IMG/VR virus record: IMGVR_UViG_3300043620_000032
Coordinates: 3,069-67,068 of that record
From: a virus
Lineage: Duplodnaviria > Caudoviricetes
Reading direction: 5' to 3' (one strand)
DNA length: 64,000 nt
Part shown: piece after piece, positions 63,061-64,000 of the stretch
How the letters are laid out: every line of letters begins with the position of its first letter
How positions within the stretch are numbered: position 1 is the first letter of the stretch
Notes under the pieces: model-generated
The model's input: the letters and a program-made list of their open reading frames with translations, nothing else
Told to the model about the DNA's origin: nothing
The model's database searches: none
Program-made: the position numbers and the translations under genes

Positions 63061-63227
63061 CTGATCCAGAAAAAACACTGCTGCTATTGCTCGATTGCGC
63101 GCCGAACATCAATGTTCAAGCGATCATCCTGCAGAGCTTTATCAGCGAGCACGGGCCATTGAGCGGAGAGGCCGGCAGCAAGGTCAGGGAAATATTGAAA
63201 CAGAAAGGCAAACGCCATGATCGATGA
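63057..63227 (+). CDS. Hypothetical protein (56 aa)
   Basis: ATGA overlap. Confidence 0.5.
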   Translation: MTDPEKTLLLLLDCAPNINVQAIILQSFISEHGPLSGEAGSKVREILKQKGKRHDR

Positions 63228-63408
63228 ATCCAGCGACTACTTCGAAATGGGTCACGAGCTATTCGAGCGTGAGCCCGATCTGATCATGGCCGCGGTGTGG
63301 AATCATGCCGATGAGCAGGGCCTGGGCCTGCACGAGCAATGCGAATTTGTGGCCGGCTACCGTGCCGCCCGTCAGCAGCACGACGCCTACCACGAGGAGG
63401 CCTCATGA
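63217..63408 (+). CDS. Hypothetical acidic protein
   Basis: AAAGG RBS. Confidence 0.55.
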   Translation: MIDESSDYFEMGHELFEREPDLIMAAVWNHADEQGLGLHEQCEFVAGYRAARQQHDAYHEEAS

Positions 63409-63629
63409 GTAATTTTATTACAATGGACGACGACGACGAAGACGACGACCTCAAGCTCGAGGCGGCCTTGATCCTGTTGCATGACGGCCAAGCCACTGTG
63501 AGCGAGTGCGCTAAATTGCGTGGGGTCAGCCGGCAGGCCATGCACAAGATCATCGCATTCGATGCCAGCTACCAGCGCGAACAACATCTAAAACAGCTGT
63601 GGAAAAATCTCATTAAACAGTTGAGCTAG
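63405..63629 (+). CDS. Small HTH DNA-binding protein
   Basis: GAGGAGG RBS; TVSECAKLRGVSRQAMHKII. Confidence 0.7.
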   Translation: MSNFITMDDDDEDDDLKLEAALILLHDGQATVSECAKLRGVSRQAMHKIIAFDASYQREQHLKQLWKNLIKQLS

Positions 63630-63764
63630 GCACCGCTCAATCCTTTCAATCGGTCAGCGTGAGGGTCGGTGCCGAAAGATGACCTGTGGGAGCGGTGTCT
63701 AAGACTCGTGGTCCATGCAAGGTCATCAACTCACGCACACAACCAACAAAAAGGAACAACGGCT

Positions 63765-64000
63765 ATGAAGGGCACCATGGGTACGAGAACCGCAACGACT
63801 AACGCGGACATCGCAGCGTTTAAATACAAGCATCCGCTGGATTCACATAAGGAACGCAAACTAGTTGAGTTTGCCCCTGGCCAATATATTATCGAACAAC
63901 ACATCGTGTTTGAAATTTTTGCTTTTCATACCGAAGAAACTGGTGATGTTATCTTCGACGTGCGTGGGATCAAAGATGCGCTTGCAAAGCGCAAGCTAGC
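63765..64000 (+). CDS. Hypothetical protein (runs off window end)
   Basis: AAGGA RBS; open to 64000. Confidence 0.6.
   Translation, partial: MKGTMGTRTATTNADIAAFKYKHPLDSHKERKLVEFAPGQYIIEQHIVFEIFAFHTEETGDVIFDVRGIKDALAKRKL

Larger units (their letters stand above)
1..64000. mobile_element. Near-complete tailed dsDNA phage genome (podovirus-like), probable alphaproteobacterial host
   Basis: Terminase, portal, scaffold, capsid, adaptors, nozzle, ejection proteins, endolysin and replication module all present; no bacterial housekeeping genes; no tape measure or sheath. Confidence 0.95.

Noticed and set aside
63630-63675. GGCACCG...CGGTGCC stem after the HTH gene as a riboswitch or ncRNA
   Set aside because: Only a 7-bp closing stem with a long loop; no recognisable RNA family features.
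1-64000. Integrase, tRNA, rRNA, RNA polymerase, intron or intein
   Set aside because: None recognised; pol, helicase, primase and terL reading frames are uninterrupted and of normal size.

Overview
The window looks like almost a whole genome of a dsDNA tailed phage with podovirus-like architecture and no tape-measure or sheath gene. Its host is probably an alphaproteobacterium (Rhizobiales/Bradyrhizobium-like; inferred from CtrA-type boxes and a PEP-CTERM-like tail). Layout: small early genes (59750-64000, apparently continuing at 1-4118); a + strand replication module (family A DNA polymerase, PD-(D/E)xK nuclease, VRR-NUC, SNF2 helicase, SSB-like protein, primase-DUF927 helicase; 4142-14442); a - strand virion/lysis region (54551-14426: portal, glycosylation cassette, endolysin, scaffold, major capsid, adaptors, five GPT collagen-like fibres, tailspike, nozzle, three ejection proteins); divergent terS/terL (54608-56793); a receiver-less OmpR/CtrA-type regulator; and an AT-rich non-coding region with a G4 motif. 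No integrase, tRNA, rRNA or CRISPR array was seen. Most notable observations: (1) a candidate virion O-glycosylation system (GT2-TPR-beta-propeller enzyme, HtrL/WlaTC-like enzyme, Thr-Gly-tail proteins and GPT collagen fibres); (2) four identically spaced TTAA-N7-TTAA late promoters, one bidirectional, plus a phage-encoded OmpR/CtrA-type DNA-binding protein and RBS-occluding hairpins at the predicted start sites; (3) a 21-aa peptide shared by the SSB and the primase-helicase; (4) an Acb2/Tad1-like anti-defence candidate; (5) short motifs shared among internal virion proteins. All family assignments come from motif recognition by eye; no searches were run.
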